Below are positions 8,989-18,768 of a stretch of 64,000 nucleotides of DNA, in pieces (within the stretch, counting starts at the first letter, position 1; every line of letters begins with the position of its first letter). Under the pieces are notes generated by a model. It ran no database searches. It was not told the origin of the DNA and saw only the letters and a list, made by a program, of their open reading frames with translations. Source of the DNA: Patescibacteria group bacterium (GTDB lineage Bacteria; Patescibacteriota; Patescibacteriia; Magasanikbacterales; UBA922); the NCBI GenBank assembly GCA_028687045.1, contig JAQUAW010000001.1, forward strand, positions 2,034 through 66,033, in the 5' to 3' direction. The position numbers and the translations under genes were made by a program.

Positions 8989-10223
8989 ACATTATTATTT
9001 ATTAATTCAACTATCATCTTAGCTTGCGTATAGGTAATGTCTTTGTTAATTGGTAAGTTTATAGATCTGGTAGCTAAATATTCAGCTTTGGGACAACTAT
9101 TTTTTATATAACCAGTTCTTTCTATATCTAAATATTTATCATTTGGAGCAATCACTGAGTCATACCAGTTACCCAAGATAATTCTTTTTTTCTTAGCTAA
9201 TTGAATCAAATTTTTTGGATTATCTACTAAAATTGTATACCTCAAAAGAATTTCATCATTAGATATTTGAGGTTTTTGAATATTTTTGGCTACTAACATT
9301 CTATCATATATTTCAGAAATTTCTTGTCGGTGTTTGTTCATTTGTTCCAATTTTTGCAATTGGTTCAACAAAATTTTTGCCAAAGAATTCGGATATTTTG
9401 CTGGATAAAAATTTAATTTGTGGCAAGATTTTTCTTCTTTATAAATTATTTTGCCTGTTATACCCATTTTTTGAGCCAAAGCTAATCCTAGTTTCCCTAA
9501 ATTAGCTACATCATAAAGAGCTTTACCAATATAAAAGATTGGGAAATTACAAAGATTTTGGAGTATTGTTTTTGTACTTGATTCTGGTAGTTTCTTATTT
9601 AACAACATTATTTTTTCGGCTATTTTGTCATTGTTGGTAATAAGTGCCCCACCTCGTGATGATGATATAACTTTGTCAGTACCAAAACTAAACATGCCAA
9701 TATCTCCCCAAGTTCCTATTAATTTGTCTTGGTATTTACCACCTATAGTATGAGCACAGTCTTCTATGACTATTAGATTATTTTCTTTGGCTATTTGTAA
9801 TAAATTTTCTAAATCTGCAGCTTTACCAAAAGTATGTTGAATAATTAATATTTTTGATTTTGGTGTTATTTTCTTTTTCAAATCTTCTACAGACATGTTC
9901 AAATCTTCGTTTATGTCTACATATACAGGTTTAGCTCCTGCCCAATTAATAGCATTACTAACAACAAGACAAGTATAGGCTTGAACCAAGACTTCATCAC
10001 CATACTTTATGTCTGTTGCTTCTATAGCTTTTTGTAAAGCAGTACGTCCACTATCAAAAGTAATCGCATATTTTACAGAAAAATAATTTTGTAACCAATT
10101 TTCAACTTGAATAATATTATTACCTTTTTTTAGTTGAGACCATTTCCAAGGTAAAAGTAAAAAAGACAAAGCAGTACTTACATCTTTTTTAGAAATGTTA
10201 GGATGAAAACCTGTAAAAATCAT
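8985..10223 (-). CDS. DegT/DnrJ/EryC1/StrS-family PLP-dependent sugar aminotransferase
   Basis: IEDCAHTIGG and FSFGTDKVISSSRGGAL motifs. Overlaps the upstream gene by 4 bp. Confidence 0.75.
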   Translation of the reverse strand: MIFTGFHPNISKKDVSTALSFLLLPWKWSQLKKGNNIIQVENWLQNYFSVKYAITFDSGRTALQKAIEATDIKYGDEVLVQAYTCLVVSNAINWAGAKPVYVDINEDLNMSVEDLKKKITPKSKILIIQHTFGKAADLENLLQIAKENNLIVIEDCAHTIGGKYQDKLIGTWGDIGMFSFGTDKVISSSRGGALITNNDKIAEKIMLLNKKLPESSTKTILQNLCNFPIFYIGKALYDVANLGKLGLALAQKMGITGKIIYKEEKSCHKLNFYPAKYPNSLAKILLNQLQKLEQMNKHRQEISEIYDRMLVAKNIQKPQISNDEILLRYTILVDNPKNLIQLAKKKRIILGNWYDSVIAPNDKYLDIERTGYIKNSCPKAEYLATRSINLPINKDITYTQAKMIVELINNNV

Positions 10224-10227
10224 AATT

Positions 10228-11823
10228 TTATTTAGCTAATTCTTGTCTTACGTTATCAGGTATTCTGTTTTCTAATAAAATAACTGATTTTTTATTTTTT
10301 TGATTTTTTATAAATTCTAATAAATCTTTACTACTCAGTTTTACCATAATTTTTGTATTGTATTTTGTTCCTACACCTTTTTTTAAAGGTTCTATGAAAT
10401 CAGGAGTTGTAATGACTAATTCATCAGCTACAAAAGCTACTTCACCACCAATTTGTTCGTGTATTTCATCACTTAGCTCCCCTAGTTCTATTATTCCTCT
10501 AGTAATAACTACTCTATTATATTCATGAGGATAACCAGCTAACATATTTATAGCAACGCGAAAACCATCAGGATTGGAGTTGTAAGTATCATCAATTATA
10601 ATAGCTTTACCATAATTATAAATTTGCAAAGCATGTTTTGGATTTTCTATTTTTTTGACAGCTTCTTTTATTTCTTCAATAGAAAAACCTAAATAATTAG
10701 CAACCAAAAGAGAAGGTGCCAAATTCAAAATATTGTATTCGCCGGTAATTTTTGTTTGTATTTCAATTAAAGTTTCTTTTCCTTCAATTGTTTTTTTGAA
10801 TTTACCAATTATTCCTATTTCATTACTTTTTATATCTTCAATTAGACATGTCGGTTGGTATTCTTCTTCAAAACCAAAAGTTAAAACTTTGGCTTTTATT
10901 TCATCTAAAAATTCTCGACAATACTTGTTGTCAGAATTTGTCACTGCCAAACCATTTTTTGGTAAAAATCTTAATAGCTCATATTTTGCTTTTTGAATGT
11001 TTTCAATAGATCCAAACAAACTTAAGTGCTGAGGACTAATAGCTGTAAGTATGCCAATTTCAGGGTGGACAATATTACAATGTTCTGTCAAATCACCAAC
11101 ATTATAAGCTCCCATTTCAACTATAAAAAAGTCAATATCTTTGAAGTTGTTTTGTAAAATAAATTTACTGATACCAAAATCTGTATTAATATTTTTTGGT
11201 GTGCAAATAACTTTGAATTTGTAAGCGAGTAATTGAGTAAGAATTTCTTTGGTACTAGTTTTACCATAACTACCAGTGATACCTATCACACGTAATTTTT
11301 TTATTTTTTGCAATTTCTTTCTGGCCATTCTAGCGATATGATCTTTGACAAATTGGGAAGCAATATTTAGTAAATGTACTAAAATAGTAATAGTTATAAA
11401 ACGCAAGAAACTAAAAGCAGCAATAGTCCTAATATCTTCTGTCTTTAAATAAAAAGCAATTTCAATTAATACTGAAGAAAAAATTAACAAAATTATTTTC
11501 AAACTAAATTTTGGTTTCTTGATTGGTTTTTTGAGAATTATCTTTGCTAAAAAATATAAAAAGTCCAAAAAGTATATTAGAAAAACTGCCCACTCAATCA
11601 CCAAAAAATAGCTTTGATTCCAAAAAAATACTACCAAAACAAGTGGCATTTTGTAAATAAAATCATAACGGAAAATAATCCGTTTACCTTCAGAAGTGCG
11701 AAGTAAATCCAAAAATCTATCCCAACGATATTCTTTTAGTTGCCAAAAATAAGCAAATTGCAAATATTCATTGCTCATGCTGATTAGCCAAAGTAAAATA
11801 ATGGATAAATCTAAAAGATTCAT
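10228..11823 (-). CDS. Mur ligase family protein (MurF-like) with an N-terminal multi-TM extension
   Basis: IGITGSYGKTSTKE P-loop typical of Mur ligases, with about 170 aa of hydrophobic N-terminus. Confidence 0.6.
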   Translation of the reverse strand: MNLLDLSIILLWLISMSNEYLQFAYFWQLKEYRWDRFLDLLRTSEGKRIIFRYDFIYKMPLVLVVFFWNQSYFLVIEWAVFLIYFLDFLYFLAKIILKKPIKKPKFSLKIILLIFSSVLIEIAFYLKTEDIRTIAAFSFLRFITITILVHLLNIASQFVKDHIARMARKKLQKIKKLRVIGITGSYGKTSTKEILTQLLAYKFKVICTPKNINTDFGISKFILQNNFKDIDFFIVEMGAYNVGDLTEHCNIVHPEIGILTAISPQHLSLFGSIENIQKAKYELLRFLPKNGLAVTNSDNKYCREFLDEIKAKVLTFGFEEEYQPTCLIEDIKSNEIGIIGKFKKTIEGKETLIEIQTKITGEYNILNLAPSLLVANYLGFSIEEIKEAVKKIENPKHALQIYNYGKAIIIDDTYNSNPDGFRVAINMLAGYPHEYNRVVITRGIIELGELSDEIHEQIGGEVAFVADELVITTPDFIEPLKKGVGTKYNTKIMVKLSSKDLLEFIKNQKNKKSVILLENRIPDNVRQELAK

Positions 11824-11828
11824 ATCAT

Positions 11829-12560
11829 TTAATTAGAAAATGTTTTTATTATATTTAATAATTCTTCTTTTTTCCAAAGGTGTAAACCATGTGTACCATT
11901 TTTTATCACTTCAAGTTTTGAACCTACGATATTATTGGCAATTAATTCAGCATCTTTGACAGGAACAAAACTATCTTTGTCTCCCCAGACAATTAGAGTT
12001 GGGATTTTTATTGCTGGTAAAAACTCGCTAACATCTTGCTTATTGATTTTGAGGAAAATATCTCTTTTGATGCCAGTTGTCTTATTGTAGTCCCCTGTTC
12101 CTGCTGATTTGTAAAGTAATTTACGCATAAAACCAGCAAGCTTATTTAGCCCTGGTAAACTAAATACTATTTTACCACTTTTGGCAATAAATTTAAAGAT
12201 TTTATTTCTAATACTTTCTGGTCGACGATAAATAGCAGCGCCACTCAAAATTAATTTATCAACAATGTTTGGTTCGTGAGATAGTAAATAAGAAGCAACT
12301 TGTCCACCAAAACTATGACCAAGCAAAATTGTGGGCTGTCCTTCTTGTTTGAGACTAATTATTTTGTCTTTAACAAACTGTGAGTACTCCTCCACACCCC
12401 AAATTGAGCTAGGACAGCTTTCCTCACCAAAACATGGTAGTTCTATCACTTCTACTTCAAAATCACTCTCCGCCAACAATACAAAATCAGACCAAGTTTG
12501 TTTTGATCCGTTCCAGCCGGGGAGGATAATCAATTTTTTATTTTGTGGAGTGCTCTCCAT
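11829..12560 (-). CDS. Alpha/beta-fold hydrolase
   Basis: GHSFGG nucleophile elbow; 243 aa. Confidence 0.6.
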   Translation of the reverse strand: MESTPQNKKLIILPGWNGSKQTWSDFVLLAESDFEVEVIELPCFGEESCPSSIWGVEEYSQFVKDKIISLKQEGQPTILLGHSFGGQVASYLLSHEPNIVDKLILSGAAIYRRPESIRNKIFKFIAKSGKIVFSLPGLNKLAGFMRKLLYKSAGTGDYNKTTGIKRDIFLKINKQDVSEFLPAIKIPTLIVWGDKDSFVPVKDAELIANNIVGSKLEVIKNGTHGLHLWKKEELLNIIKTFSN

Positions 12561-12602
12561 AATTTTGAATTTAGTAATTTTAAATTTTAAAATTTTGAAA
12601 AC

Positions 12603-13082
12603 TTATTTTATTGCTTTTTTGACAATACTTTTTATATTATCATCGGCACTAGTTATTTTCAAATTATCTATTTCAGACAAAGGAATCCATTCTAATTTGG
12701 CATTCAACTGTATTTCTTTTTCTTCAAAATTTTGTTCTTTTGCATTACCTACTAATTCACAGACATAAAAAAACTTAATAGCATGTGATGATCCTAAATT
12801 AAATGGCATCTCAAAAAAACGAGTGTTTATTTCTATCAAATCTTTTACTTTAATTTCAAAACCTGTTTCTTCCAAAAATTCTCTACGCAAAGCGTCAATA
12901 TGATCTTCACCGAGTTCAATCCCACCACCAATCAAATAATAACCTAAATCTCCAAATTTTATCATGAAAACTTTATCATCTTTTATTACCACAGCATATA
13001 CTGATGGACGAAAATATAAATCACTAACTTTCATTATTACTTTTTCACCTTCCATATTGTAGCCTTCAACAGTATTTGACAT
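12603..13082 (-). CDS. Nudix hydrolase (paralog A)
   Basis: Nudix box GGGIELGEDHIDALRREFLEETGF. Confidence 0.75.
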   Translation of the reverse strand: MSNTVEGYNMEGEKVIMKVSDLYFRPSVYAVVIKDDKVFMIKFGDLGYYLIGGGIELGEDHIDALRREFLEETGFEIKVKDLIEINTRFFEMPFNLGSSHAIKFFYVCELVGNAKEQNFEEKEIQLNAKLEWIPLSEIDNLKITSADDNIKSIVKKAIK

Positions 13083-13083
13083 A

Positions 13084-13493
13084 TTAGTTTATTGATTTTT
13101 TTATAATAGAAACTAAGTCAGTACTATCACCTATTTTAATTTTTTCTAATTTTGAAAGTTCAACCCATTTTCACAACTGAAAAATATTCTGATAGCATGA
13201 ACATCTTTATTAAATGAAGGATGTCTGAAAAAACTAGTTTGCACATCAATAATTTTCTTTATTTGTACATTATATCCAGTTTCATCTAGTACTTCTCTAC
13301 TTATTGCATTCTCTATTGTTTCTCCCAAGTCTATTCCCCCACCTGGTAAAGAGTATCCAAAATTTTGGCTTATCATTAAGACTTTTTCATCTTTTGTTAC
13401 TATACCATAAACAGAAATTCTCCAACTCAAATCAGAAATATTCATTTCTATTTTGTTTCTATCTTTATCTTCTCCTGTAACAGTTTTGTTCAT
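13084..13493 (-). pseudogene. Nudix hydrolase paralog B, apparently frameshifted near the 3' end
   Basis: The ORF 13146..13493 stops early (…ENGLNFQN*). A different frame just downstream encodes VELSKLEKIKIGDSTDLVSIIKKSIN, which is homologous to the C-terminal tails of paralogs A and C. Confidence 0.45.
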
Positions 13494-13494
13494 A

Positions 13495-13977
13495 TTATTT
13501 TTTAATACAATTTTTTACTATTTCAAGCAATGTACCATCGTCCCCTGCCATTTTTAGATTTTCTATTTCAGATAAATTTACCCACTCCACACTAACATTC
13601 AAAATATTTTCAGACTCAGTCAATTTTATATCTTCTGGATTTTCCGATATTATTTCAGCTTTATAAAATATTTTTATAGTATGACTGTATTTTTCTTTTA
13701 TTGGTGATTTGAAAAAAGCTGTTTGTATATCAAGTAAATCTCCTACTTCCACAGTATAGCCGGTTTCTTCTTTCAATTCTCTTATCAAGGTATCTATGTG
13801 ATCTTCACCAAGATCAATTCCACCACCTGGTAAAAAATAACCATACTTACCAAACTTTGTCATTAATAATTGATTGTCTTTAATTATGATAGCATAAATT
13901 GATGGTCTAAAATATAAATCATCAACATTGATAATTATTTTTTCATTAGATATTGTTAGTCCGTCAACTGTTTTCAT
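13495..13977 (-). CDS. Nudix hydrolase (paralog C)
   Basis: Nudix box GGGIDLGEDHIDTLIRELKEETGY. Confidence 0.75.
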   Translation of the reverse strand: MKTVDGLTISNEKIIINVDDLYFRPSIYAIIIKDNQLLMTKFGKYGYFLPGGGIDLGEDHIDTLIRELKEETGYTVEVGDLLDIQTAFFKSPIKEKYSHTIKIFYKAEIISENPEDIKLTESENILNVSVEWVNLSEIENLKMAGDDGTLLEIVKNCIKK

Positions 13978-13989
13978 GTTTTTTTGTTT

Positions 13990-15249
13990 TTATGCTTTTA
14001 TAGTATCCTTGCCCATAAAATTCTGCAAAACTTTCGGTACTCTAATACTTCCATCCGCTTGCTGATTGTTTTCAAGTATAGCAATTGGAAAACGACTTAG
14101 TACTACAGCTGTACCATTTAGTGTATGCACAAATTCATTTTTGCCTTCCTCATTTTTATATTTGATATTTAATCTTCTTGCTTGATAATCTGTACAGTTA
14201 CTGGTACTAGTGATTTCACCATAACCACCTTTAGCTTCATCTTCAGCTTTCATCGTCATCCAAGCTTCAATATCATATTTGCGGTAAGCAGGACCACCAA
14301 GATCGCTAGTTGGAATGTCAATAACGCGATAAGGAATTTCTAAACCATCACAGATTTCTTTTTCAATACTTAATAATTCTTGATGCAAGGTTTCACTTTC
14401 TTCTGGTTTACAGAAAATAAACATTTCTAATTTGGTAAATTGATGCACACGATAAAGACCTTTGCTAGTGCGACCATAAGCTCCAGCTTCAGTACGGAAA
14501 CAGTGAGACATAGCAGCATATTTCTTTGGTCCAGAGCTCAAATCCAAAACTTCGTCAGCATGATAGCCGAGCATTGTAATTTCTGCAGTGCCAACTAAAC
14601 TCAAACCTTCATCATTAATATTATAAATTTGTTTTTCTGCTCCACGAGGATTGAAACCAGCACCAAGCAAAATTTCATGCTTAGCTAAATCTGGAGTTTC
14701 GACAAGATTGTAACCGTGTTTTGCCAAAATATCCATGCCGTAATTTAGCATCGCTTGGTTTAGTCTGACCATATCATTTTTGACAAAGTAAAACTTACTA
14801 CCAGTTACTTTGGCACCACGTTCGAAATCTATCAAATCAAGATTGATCATAAGTTCTTCATGATCTTTGGCAGGAAAATCAAAGTTTGGAATAGTTCCAC
14901 GTTCTTCGACTGTGACAAAATCTTCTTCGCCACCAATCGGACTTTGTGGATGAGTCATATTTGGTACTTGGAGCATTAGTTCCATAAAATCAGCATCAAC
15001 TTTTGCTAGTTCTTCTTCCAAAGATTTTATTTTCTCCCCTACTTCACGCATTTGTTTTATTTCTTCATCAGTTGGTTTACCTTTTGATCCACTATTTCTT
15101 TTTGAACGTAGTTCTTCTACTTCTTGCATTTTTTCTCTTTTTTGTTTGTCCAAATCAAGAAGAGTATCAATATTTATTTTGACTCTTCTATTTACACAAT
15201 TTTGTTTTATGAGTTCGCTATTGTCGCGAATGAATTTTATGTCGAGCAT
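13990..15249 (-). CDS. serS: Seryl-tRNA synthetase. The likely true start is the second Met (MLDIKFIRDN…); the ORF track extends to 15264.
   Basis: N-terminal coiled coil and class II motifs (FRTEAGAYGRTSKGLYRVHQF, GTAV…SR). Confidence 0.9.
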   Translation of the reverse strand: MLDIKFIRDNSELIKQNCVNRRVKINIDTLLDLDKQKREKMQEVEELRSKRNSGSKGKPTDEEIKQMREVGEKIKSLEEELAKVDADFMELMLQVPNMTHPQSPIGGEEDFVTVEERGTIPNFDFPAKDHEELMINLDLIDFERGAKVTGSKFYFVKNDMVRLNQAMLNYGMDILAKHGYNLVETPDLAKHEILLGAGFNPRGAEKQIYNINDEGLSLVGTAEITMLGYHADEVLDLSSGPKKYAAMSHCFRTEAGAYGRTSKGLYRVHQFTKLEMFIFCKPEESETLHQELLSIEKEICDGLEIPYRVIDIPTSDLGGPAYRKYDIEAWMTMKAEDEAKGGYGEITSTSNCTDYQARRLNIKYKNEEGKNEFVHTLNGTAVVLSRFPIAILENNQQADGSIRVPKVLQNFMGKDTIKA

Positions 15250-15258
15250 ATGGGCAAT

Positions 15259-15302
15259 GGTCATCCCGATCCGCCGAAGGACGGAAAGGGATCTTTCTTA
15301 AA
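15259..15302 (+). repeat. X-type repeat overlapping the serS 5' end
   Basis: GGTCATCCCGATCCGCCGAAGGACGGAAAGGGATCTTTCTTAAA. It has compensatory stem changes relative to copy 6758..6803. Confidence 0.7.
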
Positions 15303-15370
15303 TATAAATGTTTTTAAAATAATTGACGTTAATTGATTCTAAAAAATGTTTTTGAATAAATAAAAGTTAT

Positions 15371-15416
15371 CAGGGTCTACAGATCCATCATCGTATTCTC
15401 GACTCAGGATGACATT
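15371..15416 (-). repeat. Y-type repeat, the inverted partner of 15259..15302
   Basis: CAGGGTCTACAGATCCATCATCGTATTCTCGACTCAGGATGACATT. Confidence 0.65.
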
Positions 15417-16465
15417 GAATTACAATACTCAATCAACTCTGGCAAAATTTCTTGATATAACTTATTATTGGCTCCAATCATATCTTCGTCTCCTGCTTTT
15501 TCCAAATCAAACCATTCAATTCCCAAAGTCTCGGCGTCAGATATTTCGTTAATGTTGGAAATTACTTTACAAAGCATTGGTACTAGATACACTTGATATT
15601 TTACAACTGAATCTAACTGAGCTTCAACATATATTTTGCTGAGTTGTCTGACTACTTCTACCACATAGCCAACCTCTTCTTGAGTTTCTCTAATTACATT
15701 TGTTTCAAATGTTTCACCAAGTTCCATACTGCCACCTGGGAATTCCCACTTGTTATGGTAGTCTGGTCGATGGGGGTCATTCCTCTTGGACATAAGAATT
15801 TTTCCATTGTCTACAATGATGGCAAGTGGAACAACGATGTGTTTGACACCATACTGATTTTGTAAATAATATTTTATTTTTATCAAAGCTTTGCCGCGGT
15901 GACTTGTTGCATTTTTTTCATTCGGTGTTAGTTCTGCATAAGTTTTTCCTAAATCTTCCAAATAAAATATTGGATCATAGCCCCAAGCAGTCTCTGTGTC
16001 TACACGTTTTTCTAATACCACCCCTTCTCTTACTCCGGTATTAGAAAAAAAACTTTTTTGTTGAGGGTCATAACAAACAAGACAAGATTTGAACTGTGCT
16101 TGTCTTTTTTCTAGTGGGACATCTTTTAATTTTTCTAGTAAAATATTTATACGTTCATCAGCATCAGCACCTACTCGAGCACTAATTACTCCAGGCCAAC
16201 CATCCAAAGCATCTACAAAAATTCCACCATCGTCAGCAATACTCATTAGACCTGTTTTTTCAGCGTAGTATTTGGCTTTAAGCACGGCATTGGCTTCTAT
16301 GGTACTTTCTGTTTCTTCAGGCTCTACTATTTTTTCGGGTAATTCAGCTAGAGACAAAAAATTAAATGGCAAATCTGCCAAAAATTTTTTCATTTCTCTG
16401 AATTTACCTTCATTGGTAGTAGCGATTAATATTTTTCTTTTTTCTTCTGTCATAAGGTTTTTCAC
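15404..16465 (-). CDS. Fusion protein: an RdgB/Ham1-type non-canonical NTP pyrophosphatase (N-terminal) joined to a Nudix hydrolase (C-terminal)
   Basis: N-terminus ILIATTNEGKFREMKKFL with a Ham1-like layout. C-terminus FPGGSMELGETFETNVIRETQEEVGY is a Nudix box. Confidence 0.65.
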   Translation of the reverse strand: MKNLMTEEKRKILIATTNEGKFREMKKFLADLPFNFLSLAELPEKIVEPEETESTIEANAVLKAKYYAEKTGLMSIADDGGIFVDALDGWPGVISARVGADADERINILLEKLKDVPLEKRQAQFKSCLVCYDPQQKSFFSNTGVREGVVLEKRVDTETAWGYDPIFYLEDLGKTYAELTPNEKNATSHRGKALIKIKYYLQNQYGVKHIVVPLAIIVDNGKILMSKRNDPHRPDYHNKWEFPGGSMELGETFETNVIRETQEEVGYVVEVVRQLSKIYVEAQLDSVVKYQVYLVPMLCKVISNINEISDAETLGIEWFDLEKAGDEDMIGANNKLYQEILPELIEYCNSMSS

Positions 16466-16506
16466 AATCCCGAACCCGAGGAACGAGGGAAGGGATCTTT
16501 CTTAAA
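16462..16506 (+). repeat. X-type repeat at the start of the RdgB-Nudix gene
   Basis: TCACAATCCCGAACCCGAGGAACGAGGGAAGGGATCTTTCTTAAA. Confidence 0.7.
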
Positions 16507-16584
16507 TTAAAATTTTTAGAAAATACTTATGTTAATTGATTTTGAAAAACATGCAATTGAAATAGGTATTTTTATTATCACGTT

Positions 16585-16624
16585 TTGACAAATTTCTCCG
16601 CCAAATCGGCGGATCAATTTGTCA
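16585..16624. promoter_or_regulatory. Split palindrome TTGACAAATT–(22-bp GC hairpin)–AATTTGTCA
   Basis: The same half-sites recur at 33788..33809 and 50728..50752. Confidence 0.45.
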
Positions 16625-16628
16625 TTCC

Positions 16629-17048
16629 TTATGTTTTTTCTAATAACTTTTTTCTTATCTCCCCAGACTTATGTTGTTCTGGTTTGTAAGATTTCAACCG
16701 AACAACTTTTGTGTTCAATCTAAATTCTTTGATTTTTTCTTCTAATTTATCAATAAAATTTTGTTGATCATAACCAAGAGCTATTACATCTGGTTTTTCA
16801 GTTTTGATAACTTTGTAATAATCTATTTTATTTCCTAAAACAGCTTGGTCAATTATTCTTATATTTTTCAAGAATTCTAATCTCTCTTTTTCGTTATGAA
16901 CTAAAGTAATTTTCTTTATTTTTTTTGAAGTAATATCTCTTCCAACTACAACCACTAAATAACTCCCTAGTTTCTTGGCTTGTTTGAAAAGATTCAAGTG
17001 TCCCAAATGTACAATATCAAATGTTCCAAAGACCATTACTTTTTTCAT
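16629..17048 (-). CDS. Cytidylyltransferase-like nucleotidyltransferase (HxGH family)
   Basis: FGTFDIVHLGH motif; 139 aa. Confidence 0.55.
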   Translation of the reverse strand: MKKVMVFGTFDIVHLGHLNLFKQAKKLGSYLVVVVGRDITSKKIKKITLVHNEKERLEFLKNIRIIDQAVLGNKIDYYKVIKTEKPDVIALGYDQQNFIDKLEEKIKEFRLNTKVVRLKSYKPEQHKSGEIRKKLLEKT

Positions 17049-17056
17049 AAATAAAA

Positions 17057-18556
17057 TTATTTCTTTTTTTCATCTTTCTCTTCCACTTCTTCTACAGGTT
17101 TCATAAGTGGAAAAGCTGTAACTTCACGCAAAGTATGTGAACCAGTGATAAGAGCTGCAAATCTATCAATACCAATACCAGTGCCTGTAGCTGGAGGCAT
17201 GCCGTGTTCTAGAGCTTCTACATAACTCCAGTCGTTGGCCATAGCTTCATCATCCCCTTCTGCTTTATTTTTTACTTGTTCTTCAAATCTTTCACGTTGA
17301 TCGATTGGATCGTTTAGCTCTGTATAAGAATTACTAAGCTCAAAACCATTGACGATAAGTTGGAACATTTCAGTATATCTTGGATCTTCAGCTTTTTTGG
17401 CTAGAGGTTTGAGTTCAATTGGATAATTCAAGACAAAAGTTGGTTGAATCAATTCTTTGCGAGCTGATTGTTTGTATAAATTATCAAGCAATTTTCCACG
17501 TTCGGTAAGATTTTCATGATCATAACCTTTGGCTGACATGACTTTTTTCAATTCTTCCAAATCTGTAAATTCATCAATATCAATACCAGAATATTTGAGA
17601 ACTGCATCATGAAAAGTAATACGAGGATATGGACCTGCAAAATTTATTTTGTGTTCATCGACTTCTACTTCCAATTTACCTATAGAATTTTCAACGACAT
17701 AAGGAATCAATTTTTCATGCAAGGTCATGTTGTCTTCATAATCAGCATAAGCCCAATAATATTCAAGCATGGTAAATTCTGGATTGTGTTGGTGGTCAAC
17801 GCCTTCATTGCGGAAAGCTCTACCCATTTCAAAAGTTTTTTCAAAACCACCTACCAACAATCTTTTTTGCCAAAGCTCACCCATACAAATACGTAAATGC
17901 ACATCTAAATCATAAGCATTCAAGTGTGTATCAAAAGTACGAGCCATAGCACCAGAAGAAATAGTTTCAAGCACTGGTGTTTCTACTTCAATAAAATTTT
18001 CATTTTGTAAAAATTCACGAATATAACGTAATATTTTTCCACGAACAATAATTTTGGCTTTTTCTTCTGGGTTGACCAAAAGATCCAAATATCTCTTACG
18101 ATAGCGCACTTCTTCATCATTCAAACCATGAAATTTGTCTGGCAGTGGTAATAAAGTTTTTGCGAGTAGTGTCCAAGAACTAACCAAGATAGAAGGTTCG
18201 CCTTTGTGTGTCATGAATTTTTTGCCTTGAACTTCAACAATATCACCTGAATCAATTTTTTTACTAAATAATTTGTAATTGTCAATTCCAATGTCATCTT
18301 GCTTAAAAGCTATTTGCATTCTGCCTGATTCATCTTGTAAATGACAAAACATAAGCTTTCCCATATCACGCTTTGTCATAAGACGTCCAGCAACACTAAG
18401 TTCAGCATCTTCTTTTGCGTCAAGAGCTTCTTTTATAGTTTGTTTACGATTTATTCTAGCAGGATAAATACTTATATTCATTTCCTGAAGTTCTTTCAAT
18501 TTACGAAGACGTATTTCACGCTCGTCATTGATATTGATTTCTATATTATTTGTCAT
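17057..18556 (-). CDS. lysS: Lysyl-tRNA synthetase, class II
   Basis: OB-fold N-terminus and class II motifs (FRNEGVDHQHNPEFTMLE, GIGIDR). Confidence 0.9.
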   Translation of the reverse strand: MTNNIEININDEREIRLRKLKELQEMNISIYPARINRKQTIKEALDAKEDAELSVAGRLMTKRDMGKLMFCHLQDESGRMQIAFKQDDIGIDNYKLFSKKIDSGDIVEVQGKKFMTHKGEPSILVSSWTLLAKTLLPLPDKFHGLNDEEVRYRKRYLDLLVNPEEKAKIIVRGKILRYIREFLQNENFIEVETPVLETISSGAMARTFDTHLNAYDLDVHLRICMGELWQKRLLVGGFEKTFEMGRAFRNEGVDHQHNPEFTMLEYYWAYADYEDNMTLHEKLIPYVVENSIGKLEVEVDEHKINFAGPYPRITFHDAVLKYSGIDIDEFTDLEELKKVMSAKGYDHENLTERGKLLDNLYKQSARKELIQPTFVLNYPIELKPLAKKAEDPRYTEMFQLIVNGFELSNSYTELNDPIDQRERFEEQVKNKAEGDDEAMANDWSYVEALEHGMPPATGTGIGIDRFAALITGSHTLREVTAFPLMKPVEEVEEKDEKKK

Positions 18557-18621
18557 AGCTATTTAACTTAAATTTAGGCTAATTTACTGACTTATTGTAA
18601 CAGATTTCTTTCAAAAATACA

Positions 18622-18646
18622 AATACTCCCAAGAAGGGAGTATTTT
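18622..18646. terminator. Rho-independent terminator between greA and lysS
   Basis: TACTCCCaagaaGGGAGTA hairpin followed by a T run. Confidence 0.6.
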
Positions 18647-18768
18647 GGCTAATTAAAGATAATTTTTTCAAAATAAGACTTTAGTTCTTAACTAAGTGTA
18701 TATAAAGCAGATACAGCAAGTACAACCTATATAACTATAATTAAAACCTAATACCTAAAACCTAATAA

